DNA of 64,000 nucleotides from Draconibacterium orientale (GTDB lineage Bacteria; Bacteroidota; Bacteroidia; Bacteroidales; UBA1556): NCBI GenBank assembly GCA_020718275.1, contig DYSI01000001.1, positions 23,574 to 87,573 of the forward strand, read 5' to 3'. Shown piece by piece: positions 17,211 to 25,745 of this stretch (position 1 is its first letter; each line of letters starts with the position of its first letter). The notes under the pieces were generated by a model. It saw only the letters and a program-made list of their open reading frames with translations, ran no database searches and was not told where the DNA came from. The position numbers and the translations under genes were made by a program.

Positions 17211-19211
17211 GTGGCAGATTCAGGCGTAATATTTAACATTGATGTAGCGGGTAATGCCTCGGTACAAATAGAAAAGTTAAACGCCCAGTTTAATAAATTT
17301 AGTAATATCACTGATAAATTGAGGTCGGTAGATATCGCAAGCCACATTAGCAATATAACCAATGCCGCACAGGGGCTAAATGACTTAGGAGCCCCGGGAA
17401 TGCAGTTTGAGGCGTCGATGGCCGACCTAAGTGCCATAACAGGCATAGTAGGAAAGGATCTTCAGGAATTAGAAAAATCGGCTCGTTCAGTGGGCGTGGC
17501 CACAGGATTAGGCGCATCGCAAAGTGCCGAGGCTTATAAACTTTTGGCCTCCAATATTGACATAGCAACTGTGGGAGGAGTAAAAGGGCTTCAGATGCTA
17601 CAAAAGGAAACGATAACCTTAAGTAAAGCCTCAGGAGCAGACCTATCAATGAGCGCTAATACTATGGCGGCGGCCATTAACCAGTTTGGGCTTCAAGCCA
17701 CAGAAGCATCGCGTGCAGTAAATGTATTGGGAGCAGGGGCCAAATATGGCGCCGCTGAAATACCGGACTTGGCCGAGTCGCTGAAGGTGGTAGGGACCAC
17801 CGCGGCTCTGGCAGGAGTAAATATAGAAGGAACCGTGGGGGCGTTAGAGGTTCTGAGCCAAAATGCGGTGAAGGGCAGCGAGGCGGGTACTGGCCTTAGA
17901 AATGTGTTGCTGGCTATGCAAACCAAAGGGCTCGCCGGCGTTGACCTAAAGACCAAGGGACTAAGTGGGTCGCTGGCCGCGCTTGCGCCAAGACTTAATG
18001 ACACAAAATATTTGGCAGAGGCATTTGGAAAGGAGAATATCAGCGCTGCACAAATTTTGATTAAAAATGCCGCAGCGGTTGATGAAATGACCAAAAAGGT
18101 AACCGGCACCAATGTAGCTTATGAACAGGCCTCCATAAAAAGCAAAACATGGGCAGAACAAGTGGCAATAGCTCAAGCCAGGATTGACGACTGGAAAATA
18201 AGCATTATGAACGCCACCGGTGGAATGTTGCCCATGGCGGGAGTACTCACAAATATGCTTGTTCCACTAGCTCAAATTTACCCTATTGTATCTCTTGCCG
18301 GCAGAGGATTAGGATGGATGAAAACACAGATATTCAGTTCGGAAAGCGCATTGCGAACCAAATTGATACCATCGCTTGGTAAAGCCGCCGGGGCAAGCTG
18401 GGGCTTTGTGAAAGGCATTGCCGCCGCCACATGGAACGTGATGAAGGCAGGCACCCAGTTTGTTTGGGTCGGAATTAAAGCCATTGCCGGCTATGTGAGC
18501 GGCATAGTATCAGCCACGGTGGCCACATGGAGTTTTAATGCATCCTTGCTCGCCAATCCAATAGTATGGATAGGTATAGCCGTGGCGGGGCTGATCGTTG
18601 GCATTATAGCTATGATAAAGCATTGGGATCAAGTGAAGGCCTGGTTTGAGAAGTTTAAGCCGGTACTTCGGCAGGTATTTGCGCCGTTTTTTCTTATAAT
18701 AGATTTGTTGAAAGGTGTTTGGGAACAGGTAAAAGAGCCGGTGATGAGCTTTTTCAATTGGATTGGAGATGTATTTAAAAACCTATGGGAAGGATTTAAA
18801 CAACGCTTTATAGCGCCATTTATGAGTTTTTGGGAAGAGGTGAAGGCGTATTTTGGCTGGGCTGATAGCGCAGAAAAAAAACAGGCTAAACGAGAAGGAA
18901 AGAAGGATAAACTTAAAGATTCCGCCTCCCCCAAAATACCTGAAGGATTTGTGCCAAGTGCAAATGGCTTATTCCTGCAATCGACGAAAGAGGGAAAAAC
19001 CTCACCAGTTACAAAACAGCTTAAAACTGTTGAGGAGTCGGTGAGCAAAGGCGGCAATGATGTGCGTAATAATAATATCCGAATTGAAAATTTAGTGAGA
19101 AATATCACCCTTCAGGTTACCAACTTGCAGGAGGGAACAGGTAAGGTTAAAGAAGAGCTTACCAAGGCATTGATAGGAGCAGTAAGAGATACCGAAATAG
19201 CATTAAGTTAA
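17211..19211 (+). CDS. Tail tape measure protein
   Basis: 666 aa with a GTG start. It has a conserved tape-measure core-like N-terminal region (AQGLNDLGAPGMQFEASMADLSAITGIVGKDLQELE). Central G/A-rich hydrophobic segments follow. It is preceded by the chaperone pair. Confidence 0.85.
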   Translation: MADSGVIFNIDVAGNASVQIEKLNAQFNKFSNITDKLRSVDIASHISNITNAAQGLNDLGAPGMQFEASMADLSAITGIVGKDLQELEKSARSVGVATGLGASQSAEAYKLLASNIDIATVGGVKGLQMLQKETITLSKASGADLSMSANTMAAAINQFGLQATEASRAVNVLGAGAKYGAAEIPDLAESLKVVGTTAALAGVNIEGTVGALEVLSQNAVKGSEAGTGLRNVLLAMQTKGLAGVDLKTKGLSGSLAALAPRLNDTKYLAEAFGKENISAAQILIKNAAAVDEMTKKVTGTNVAYEQASIKSKTWAEQVAIAQARIDDWKISIMNATGGMLPMAGVLTNMLVPLAQIYPIVSLAGRGLGWMKTQIFSSESALRTKLIPSLGKAAGASWGFVKGIAAATWNVMKAGTQFVWVGIKAIAGYVSGIVSATVATWSFNASLLANPIVWIGIAVAGLIVGIIAMIKHWDQVKAWFEKFKPVLRQVFAPFFLIIDLLKGVWEQVKEPVMSFFNWIGDVFKNLWEGFKQRFIAPFMSFWEEVKAYFGWADSAEKKQAKREGKKDKLKDSASPKIPEGFVPSANGLFLQSTKEGKTSPVTKQLKTVEESVSKGGNDVRNNNIRIENLVRNITLQVTNLQEGTGKVKEELTKALIGAVRDTEIALS

Positions 19212-19216
19212 ACATT

Positions 19217-19828
19217 ATGAATTTTACAATAAGCATAGCAGATTTAACGCGAAAAGCATTTGGCTTTGATTATCTGAGGCCCTATCGGATAAGCGGTACA
19301 ACTTTGGGAACAGCAGAAGTAGCTTATAAAGCAGGCTTACTTCCTGATTCGTATGAAAAAGATATCAATGGCGCTCCAATAGTTGGCCTGCTTGGAAGAC
19401 CCGTGCAAATGAGCATTGAGTTTGGCGATGTTGAATATCAAGGCCGAAAGTATAATGGTATCAAGCTACTTGACCCAATTATGGACATAACTCAAGAAAC
19501 CATCATTACCAGGACCAGTATTCCGGGAAGCGTGAATAAAGGAACCTATAAAGAATATATCACCAATGGCGATTACAGTGTGAGCTTGCAGGGATTGCTT
19601 GTATCGAATACGGATGAAAAGCCGATACAGGAAATTATAGCATTTAACGAATATTTCAATTTGCCGATAGCATTACCAGTGGCTAATAGCTATCTGAATG
19701 CTCTTGGAATATATTACTTAGTAAAAGTAAATAAGGGATTCCCAAACGTGAATGTGATATCGAATTGCCAGCCATTTAGGCTTGATTTGATAAGTGATGA
19801 ACCTATAGAAGTGGAGGTGATGGAATGA
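19217..19828 (+). CDS. Tail/baseplate-associated protein following the tape measure (203 aa)
   Basis: Position only. It is tightly coupled to its neighbours. Confidence 0.4.
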   Translation: MNFTISIADLTRKAFGFDYLRPYRISGTTLGTAEVAYKAGLLPDSYEKDINGAPIVGLLGRPVQMSIEFGDVEYQGRKYNGIKLLDPIMDITQETIITRTSIPGSVNKGTYKEYITNGDYSVSLQGLLVSNTDEKPIQEIIAFNEYFNLPIALPVANSYLNALGIYYLVKVNKGFPNVNVISNCQPFRLDLISDEPIEVEVME

Positions 19829-20769
19829 GGCGGCCATTAGTAGATATCACCATAGGCAAATTAGTGTTTAGCTACGCCAATGAGCTTCAGATAGAAAGCA
19901 CATGGAAAGAGTTTACAGATACTGCCACCATCAGGCTACCTCGCAACCTGAGGCTTCAGGAAAATGAACTATTGAAGCTGATGAAAGTAGGAGACCGCGT
20001 GGTGATTAAGTTGGGCTACGAAGACGAAAGCATGAGCGCAGAGTTTATGGGCTATCTGACCGCAATAAAGCCCAATACGCCCCTTGAGCTTAGCTGTGAA
20101 GATGAGAGTTGGCAACTGAAGAAAGAGCCAATCAGCAAAACCTTTAAAAAGACGACTGTGCTTCGAATGATGGGAAGCTTATTGTCTGCGTATGAAATTA
20201 TAGGTTTTGATTCCGAAATAAGCGCAATGGTAATAAGCAAATCGACGCCGGCTCAGGTGCTGGAGCAATTGAAAGAAAGCTATGGACTTAATAGTTTCTT
20301 TAGGCTTAACAATGAGAAACCGGTACTAGTGATCGGTAAGCCATACAGCGGCCAATCGAGCGATTTTGAATATACATTTTCAAAAGACATATTGGCGCAT
20401 AATTTAGAATTTAAGCGCAAAGAAGACATTAAGCTGAAGGTGATAGCCATAAGCAATAATCGGGATGGAAGTAAAATAGAAGTGCAAGTTGGCGATGCAG
20501 ACGGCGAAGAGCGAACGCTGAATTTTTATAACGTATCTAAGGCAACATTGACTGAGCTCGCCACTGTAGAGATAGACAAAATGAAATATGATGGCTACAG
20601 GGGAAGCTTGACCGTAAGTGGCCAACATAAAGCAGTGCATGGAAGTGTAGTGAAATTAACTGACAATACATATCCTGAACGTGGAGGACGTTTTTTTGTT
20701 GAAAAGGCCATCACCAAATTCGGGAATCAAGGATTTACACGTGAACTAACATTAGGGGCCAAAGCATAA
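19825..20769 (+). CDS. Baseplate hub / tail protein (P2 gpD or Mu gpP-like by size and position)
   Basis: 314 aa, between the tape-measure-proximal gene and the gpV-like spike. 4-nt and 1-nt overlaps. Confidence 0.45.
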   Translation: MRRPLVDITIGKLVFSYANELQIESTWKEFTDTATIRLPRNLRLQENELLKLMKVGDRVVIKLGYEDESMSAEFMGYLTAIKPNTPLELSCEDESWQLKKEPISKTFKKTTVLRMMGSLLSAYEIIGFDSEISAMVISKSTPAQVLEQLKESYGLNSFFRLNNEKPVLVIGKPYSGQSSDFEYTFSKDILAHNLEFKRKEDIKLKVIAISNNRDGSKIEVQVGDADGEERTLNFYNVSKATLTELATVEIDKMKYDGYRGSLTVSGQHKAVHGSVVKLTDNTYPERGGRFFVEKAITKFGNQGFTRELTLGAKA

Positions 20770-21260
20770 TGAGCGAGATAAAAGAATTGATACAAAAATT
20801 GGTTAAGAAATCCATACCCGTGGTTGCGAGTGTAGGTTTGGTGACCTCCGTAGATTTTGAGGAGCACAGCTGCGACGTGAAGCTTACCGATGGAACTGAG
20901 CTGCCGGCGGTGAGGCTGAGAGCTGTAATGGACGATAAGGCAGAAGGCTTGATAATTTACCCAAAGATTGGAAGCCATGTGATTGTATCGAGCATTAACA
21001 ATAAATCAGAGCAATCGTTTGTGGTGATGGCTAGTGAGGTTGATATCATTCTGTTTGATGAGGGTAAAAATGGCGGTTTAGTAAAAATTGAAGCGTTGGT
21101 AAAGCGGCTGAACAGATTGGAAGAGCAGATGAACTCGCACCAGCATATATACATAAATGCTGCCGGCGCACCTACGCCAACCACGTTAGATTCTTTGACA
21201 AATAGCAAAATGGTGCAAACCAAAGTAGCGGATTTGGAAAACGAAAAATTTAAACATTAA
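20769..21260 (+). CDS. Baseplate spike / assembly protein V-like (OB-fold)
   Basis: 163 aa. The pattern VTSVDFEEHSCDVKLTDGTELPAVRLRAV ... GSHVIVSSI resembles gpV/gp5 OB-fold spikes. Confidence 0.5.
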   Translation: MSEIKELIQKLVKKSIPVVASVGLVTSVDFEEHSCDVKLTDGTELPAVRLRAVMDDKAEGLIIYPKIGSHVIVSSINNKSEQSFVVMASEVDIILFDEGKNGGLVKIEALVKRLNRLEEQMNSHQHIYINAAGAPTPTTLDSLTNSKMVQTKVADLENEKFKH

Positions 21261-21263
21261 GCC

Positions 21264-21551
21264 ATGATAGGATATACCAATATAGGGGATGACTTAGCGA
21301 TAATTGATGGAAGCTTTGAAAAAGGAGAGTCCAATCAACAAAGTGCATTAGACATTCTCATGGCTATTCCAGGCGATTATAAGCAGTACCCAACGGTTGG
21401 GGCCTCGCTAATTAATTATTTGAATTCGAGCAATAGCTTACAAAGTATTAATAGGTCCGTTCAGTTAGCATTATTACAAGACGGCCTTACGGCGCAATCA
21501 ATCGAAGTGGTGGACGGAGAAATAGTCATACAAGTGCAAGAAAATGAATAA
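21264..21551 (+). CDS. Baseplate wedge protein, gpW/gp25-like
   Basis: 95 aa. The pattern SALDILMAIPGDYKQYPTVGASLINYL ... RSVQLALLQDG resembles the gp25/W family signature. Confidence 0.5.
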   Translation: MIGYTNIGDDLAIIDGSFEKGESNQQSALDILMAIPGDYKQYPTVGASLINYLNSSNSLQSINRSVQLALLQDGLTAQSIEVVDGEIVIQVQENE

Positions 21552-21822
21552 ATACGTAGCATCAAACAATCAGAGCGTTTTGGATGTGGCTATTGCCACC
21601 TCTGGATCAATAGAGGGAGTCATAAGCCTATTAAAAAATAATCAGGGGCTAACTCTTGAGAGTAATTTGAGAGGAGGCGTAGTTCTTGCTCATGATAACG
21701 GCGGCGGAGCGGTAGCGAACTTACTAAGCTCGAGGTCTATAATACCCGCCACGGCCAGGCAATACGACGCCCCATATTTTGATGGGGAATTTTCAGATGA
21801 TTTTAACGCAGACTTTATATAA
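21544..21822 (+). CDS. Small LysM-like tail protein (P2 gpX-like)
   Basis: 92 aa. The N-terminus YVASNNQSVLDVAIATSGSIEGVISLLKNNQGL has LysM-like spacing. Confidence 0.35.
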   Translation: MNKYVASNNQSVLDVAIATSGSIEGVISLLKNNQGLTLESNLRGGVVLAHDNGGGAVANLLSSRSIIPATARQYDAPYFDGEFSDDFNADFI

Positions 21823-21824
21823 TT

Positions 21825-22568
21825 ATGAAATACGACAGCGCAAATTTAATCAACCAAATTGGATTAAGAATTACAAGCTCTCTTGGAAAGATATCGAAAT
21901 TAATCCTTGGGTCAATGCTTACAGACATTGCCGACAGCGCCCTGAAAGTTAATGGTAATCAATCCATAAATGGGGTTTTAACATTTACACAAATACCACT
22001 ACTTAGTAATGGTAATCATTTTGCGACAAAAGAAAATGTATTGAGTGAAATACTATTAGATATATTTTCAGGAGTACTAGCGACTGGTGGAGCTCAAGAA
22101 GTTGTTTTAGAAGAGCGCCGATGTTATATTGATTACGTAGAGGTATGTTCAGCCAGAGAAAATAATACGGGCGGCGTAGTTGAAGATTTGGTCGAAATAC
22201 ATATTTTAGATACAAAAGGGGAACCAGTACTCGTCCAAAGTGGAGGGTGTTTGACGGTAAAAACGGCGTCCGAAACCGGAACAAATACTATTGAAGTATA
22301 TGACAGCTTAGGTTTAGAAAATTATAAAAAGATAATTGTTGATGGGCAGCTGGCAAGCGGATACGAGGTTAAACTCGTTAAAGATGTTTCTAATGGCACA
22401 TTAACCCTAGTGTCGGCATTAAAGTATACCTATACTCAAGACTCCAACGTGAGAGGCATACAAATAATGGCCGCTAAAACTATAATGGATGGCTTTGCAG
22501 TAAAAATAATAAATAGATCAAATGATAACTGTGCTTATTTAGTCAGAATAAAACTAAATTATATATAA
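21825..22568 (+). CDS. Hypothetical fibre-like protein inserted in the baseplate cluster (247 aa)
   Basis: The N-terminus has a fibre-like motif (VNGNQSINGVLTFTQIP). It is visibly more AT-rich than the flanking baseplate genes. Confidence 0.35.
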   Translation: MKYDSANLINQIGLRITSSLGKISKLILGSMLTDIADSALKVNGNQSINGVLTFTQIPLLSNGNHFATKENVLSEILLDIFSGVLATGGAQEVVLEERRCYIDYVEVCSARENNTGGVVEDLVEIHILDTKGEPVLVQSGGCLTVKTASETGTNTIEVYDSLGLENYKKIIVDGQLASGYEVKLVKDVSNGTLTLVSALKYTYTQDSNVRGIQIMAAKTIMDGFAVKIINRSNDNCAYLVRIKLNYI

Positions 22569-23423
22569 ATGGCAAGGTCAATTAATGAGTGGTATGATAT
22601 AATTGATGCGGAGAAGCGCTTGCAGAATAGCCTTAACGGGCTTCAACCCAGCATTGATAGCTCAAATAAGCTTTTAAGCGATTTAACAACCTCAAAAGTG
22701 GCAGATCACCGGCTCTGGATGTTTATTTCTGCCGTATTCGCGTGGATGCTAGATACTTTATTTGATGGGCACAAGGCCGAGATTGAAGAAATTTTAAGCG
22801 CCTCAGCATTTGGAACTCTGCCGTGGTATCGCAGCGCTGCACTAGAGTACCAGCACGGAGATATTTTAGTATATACGAATAATCGGTTTCAATATCAGGA
22901 GGTTAATTTAGCATCAAGAATCATTAAATATGTATCTTCAGGCTCAACATTTCATGCCGTAACGTTGAAGGTTGCGGCCATGTCCAATGGAAGGCCAACC
23001 CCTCTTACAGTTGATCAGCTGGAGGCATTTCGTGCCTATTTTAGGAGGGTGCAACCTCCGGGCGAAAATGTTGTAATTATTTCCATCCCCAGTGATCATG
23101 TAGTAATAAATTTAGATATATACTACGATCCTCTTCTAATGGGGCAGGATGGTCTTAATATTTTATCGGGTTTAAATCCGGTTGAAACGGCCGTTAATGA
23201 GTATTTAAATGGCGTTGAATTTGACGGCGTATTTGATTTAAATGAGTTAACTACCCGACTGCTTGGTCAAAAAACAAATGGTGTTACTAAGCCCTATATT
23301 ACCTCTTGTATGAGTAGGCCCGATGGTAGCTCTACCCACACCCCTATCCTAAATTATGCCACTGCGGCAAGTGGTAGCTTTTCGCTTGAGACGCTAACCG
23401 TAAATTATATCCCTAATGTTTAG
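22569..23423 (+). CDS. Baseplate J-like protein
   Basis: 284 aa, in the J position of a V-W-J-I-fibre order. Confidence 0.45.
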   Translation: MARSINEWYDIIDAEKRLQNSLNGLQPSIDSSNKLLSDLTTSKVADHRLWMFISAVFAWMLDTLFDGHKAEIEEILSASAFGTLPWYRSAALEYQHGDILVYTNNRFQYQEVNLASRIIKYVSSGSTFHAVTLKVAAMSNGRPTPLTVDQLEAFRAYFRRVQPPGENVVIISIPSDHVVINLDIYYDPLLMGQDGLNILSGLNPVETAVNEYLNGVEFDGVFDLNELTTRLLGQKTNGVTKPYITSCMSRPDGSSTHTPILNYATAASGSFSLETLTVNYIPNV

Positions 23424-23886
23424 CATAGACTTTGATCATATAGTTAGATTGATTCTCCCTAGGCTCAAAAGAACACCTATAAGGACTGCATGGATTATAG
23501 TGCTAGTAAGAGGCTTAAAAGTTATATATCAAGGCTTAACAAAGTATCGTGTCGAGAGTAACTATAAGGCATCTATGAATGGGCAAACTATTTACCTTGA
23601 GAAGCGGCTAAACGACTACTTTAACTCAGGAAATTCCGGTATTGAGATACTTCCATATAACGCACTTAATTACATATATGTAACGAATAATAACGAGGGG
23701 GTTCCATTGTATACCCAAAATTCTCCTTCAGCTTCTGTGCTTCTTACAGATGCTCAGTTTTACAACAACGTACTTCACTTTGAGGTGGTTATCACGGAAG
23801 GGGTATCAGCGCCAGAAAACCAACTGCGAGCAATTTTAGATAAATATATTTACGCGTCAAGAAGATATAAAATTACTTATGAATAG
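23416..23886 (+). CDS. Baseplate/tail protein, P2 gpI position (156 aa)
   Basis: Overlaps both neighbours by 8 nt. Position only. Confidence 0.35.
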   Translation: MFSIDFDHIVRLILPRLKRTPIRTAWIIVLVRGLKVIYQGLTKYRVESNYKASMNGQTIYLEKRLNDYFNSGNSGIEILPYNALNYIYVTNNNEGVPLYTQNSPSASVLLTDAQFYNNVLHFEVVITEGVSAPENQLRAILDKYIYASRRYKITYE

Positions 23887-24730
23887 ACTAAAAACAGATT
23901 TTACAGGGCTTAAAGTGCCCTTTAATTGGGATGACCTAGCATGGATGCAGTCGGGCATAAAACAAGCCCTTGAAGGCTTTATGAAAACATTTTTAATTAA
24001 TAACGACGATGGATATCCGATTAACGGTTTTAAACTTTCGGGGGCGGACGTTACAGTTGTAGGTAATAATTATACAACTACACAGGGGTGGATCGTTCTG
24101 CATGGAGAGGTTTGCTATGTTCCCGGCAATTCGGTGATCAAGCAGGGCGGCCATGGAGTTTACTACGAAATTGCCGAAACGGTAGATTCGGTAGGGAACA
24201 AAATGGCATATGACGCGGCAAACACACCAGTTAATGTTAGCTTGTACGAGCAACGTACGGCTATATTGGTTAGTAAGAGTTACAGCATAACCGGCATTGA
24301 ATATTCAGGAAGATACTTTTCTGAGATTATATCCGAAATTGTAGGAATGAAAGAATTAAACAGCGTTCTTTCAGGGCTTTATAAATCTTATCAGCCAACA
24401 GTGGGGACCGACCATGCGGCTACTCCAACTAACTACTCCTGTAGTTATAAGCTACTGCAAAAGATGCTTTTTCTTAATATTAATATATCATTCAGTATAG
24501 CGGCTACAAATCCAACATACTATGATATTAAACTACCGCTGACAAGGTCAATACAAAATTCATTTGATACGGTGGGATTTTTAATGAACGCAGCGACAGG
24601 GGATGGGATTATTTGCAGAGTTTTTAAGTCACCAACAGACCCGCAGTATATAAGAGTTGTACCGGTTAGTTATTCCGCATCTTATTCAAGTGTCCAATTA
24701 ACTTTTCAGGCGGTGGTTAATATAAATTAA
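23879..24730 (+). CDS. Tail fibre protein candidate (283 aa)
   Basis: Last structural gene after the baseplate genes. S/T/N/Y-rich C-terminal half. Confidence 0.45.
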   Translation: MNRLKTDFTGLKVPFNWDDLAWMQSGIKQALEGFMKTFLINNDDGYPINGFKLSGADVTVVGNNYTTTQGWIVLHGEVCYVPGNSVIKQGGHGVYYEIAETVDSVGNKMAYDAANTPVNVSLYEQRTAILVSKSYSITGIEYSGRYFSEIISEIVGMKELNSVLSGLYKSYQPTVGTDHAATPTNYSCSYKLLQKMLFLNINISFSIAATNPTYYDIKLPLTRSIQNSFDTVGFLMNAATGDGIICRVFKSPTDPQYIRVVPVSYSASYSSVQLTFQAVVNIN

Positions 24731-24833
24731 ACCCCCACTTTACCCGGCTCTATTGAAGCGGCAATATTTGAGGACCATAAAATTTATGATAAGAGTAAAT
24801 CGATTAAAACGATAAGCGCTGCAGCGGCTAAAA

Positions 24834-25400
24834 ATGGGGGAAAGGCCAAGACGGGAGGCTATGGCGGCCACTTTAGAGCGGTTCAAGGCTTTAAATACAA
24901 TGGTAAAAATGGTAGTTAATATTGTTGGAGATAAGAAATCGGCGGCATACGCGGCTGCCTTAATAGTTGTAAAGGAAATGGGCCACGCTGTCTATGATGA
25001 TAGTTATTTTTATTCAGATATAACCATAGCGCCACTACTTACGACAAAACTTGATAGGGAGCAGTTAGAAGAGTCAATCCTAGGCGCTTTAATATTCCAC
25101 CCATCGCCACTGCCATACGGTAGGGGACCAGGTTCAATAAGGCGTGCCTACTCAAGACGGGAGCCAATTACGGCTGGCACATGGTTTTGGGCAAACGAGA
25201 GGTTTGACGCAGGGGATATATGTGAAATGGAAATAATTAAAATTGATTACAATTTAAGGCCAAGAGACTTTTACCTTAGCCATGTTATACCCGCCCTTGA
25301 AAGAACATTGAAAAGGGCTTTAAATGCTATTGCAAGCGGATATCATAGGCGAGTGCCCCAGATTGAAGATTACAGTAGTTTCGATAAGAAAATGGAGTAA
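24834..25400 (+). CDS. Formyltransferase-fold protein (phage cargo; probable true start at 24900 or 24909)
   Basis: ALIFHPSPLPYGRGPGSI aligns with the xNxHxSLLPxxRG signature of Fmt/PurN/ArnA-type formyltransferases. FDAGDI fits the catalytic Asp region. MVVNIVG resembles their N-terminal beta-strand. Composition is phage-like. Confidence 0.6.
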   Translation: MGERPRREAMAATLERFKALNTMVKMVVNIVGDKKSAAYAAALIVVKEMGHAVYDDSYFYSDITIAPLLTTKLDREQLEESILGALIFHPSPLPYGRGPGSIRRAYSRREPITAGTWFWANERFDAGDICEMEIIKIDYNLRPRDFYLSHVIPALERTLKRALNAIASGYHRRVPQIEDYSSFDKKME

Positions 25401-25414
25401 CTTTGTGGGTATTT

Positions 25415-25452
25415 TGCACACTTCGTTTTAAAATTGTGCACATTTCGATTTT
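25415..25452 (+). repeat. Two direct copies of TGCACAyTTCG(A)TTTT, starts 22 bp apart, at the prophage-host junction
   Basis: Copies at 25415-25429 and 25437-25452. A related inverted copy, AAAACGATAAGCGCTGCA, lies at 24806-24823. Confidence 0.6.
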
Positions 25453-25745
25453 GCGATTATACTTGTAAACTCGTGAATAAGAAAGAAAATATATTTGAAA
25501 AAGCACTTCTGATTTTAGTATTGATTTCATACATCCAACCATTTATGGATGGAAACAAGAGAACAGCAAGAATAGTAAGTAATGCAATTCTAATGAATTA
25601 CAAACATTGTCCCATGTCATTCAGAACAGTTGACTCCGTTGAATACAAGAAAGCAATGTTACTATTTTACGAACAAAACAACATATCGAGATTTAAGGAG
25701 ATATTTATCAACCAGTTCGAATTTGCAGTTAAGACATATTTTTGA
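25434..25745 (+). pseudogene. 5'-truncated Doc/Fic-family (death-on-curing type) toxin remnant
   Basis: QPFMDGNKRTAR matches the Doc-type motif HxFx(D/N)(A/G)NKR, with the catalytic His replaced by Gln. Only ~20 authentic residues precede the motif, versus ~65 in P1 Doc. Composition is AT-rich and host-like. Confidence 0.6.

Larger units (their letters stand above)
1..25452. mobile_element. Prophage (contractile-tailed), right-hand part; the left end is outside the window
   Basis: Contiguous terminase, portal, MuF-like, protease/scaffold, capsid, holin, sheath, tube, tape-measure, baseplate and fibre genes. Composition is visibly G+C-richer than the flanking DNA. The right limit is placed at the composition break, the direct repeats at 25415-25452 and the truncated doc-type gene. 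Confidence 0.8.

Noticed and set aside
17347-19108. Several minus-strand ORFs (68-159 aa) inside the tape measure gene
   Set aside because: They are antisense shadows of a long G/A-rich coding region. The plus-strand 666-aa product has a clear tape-measure signature.
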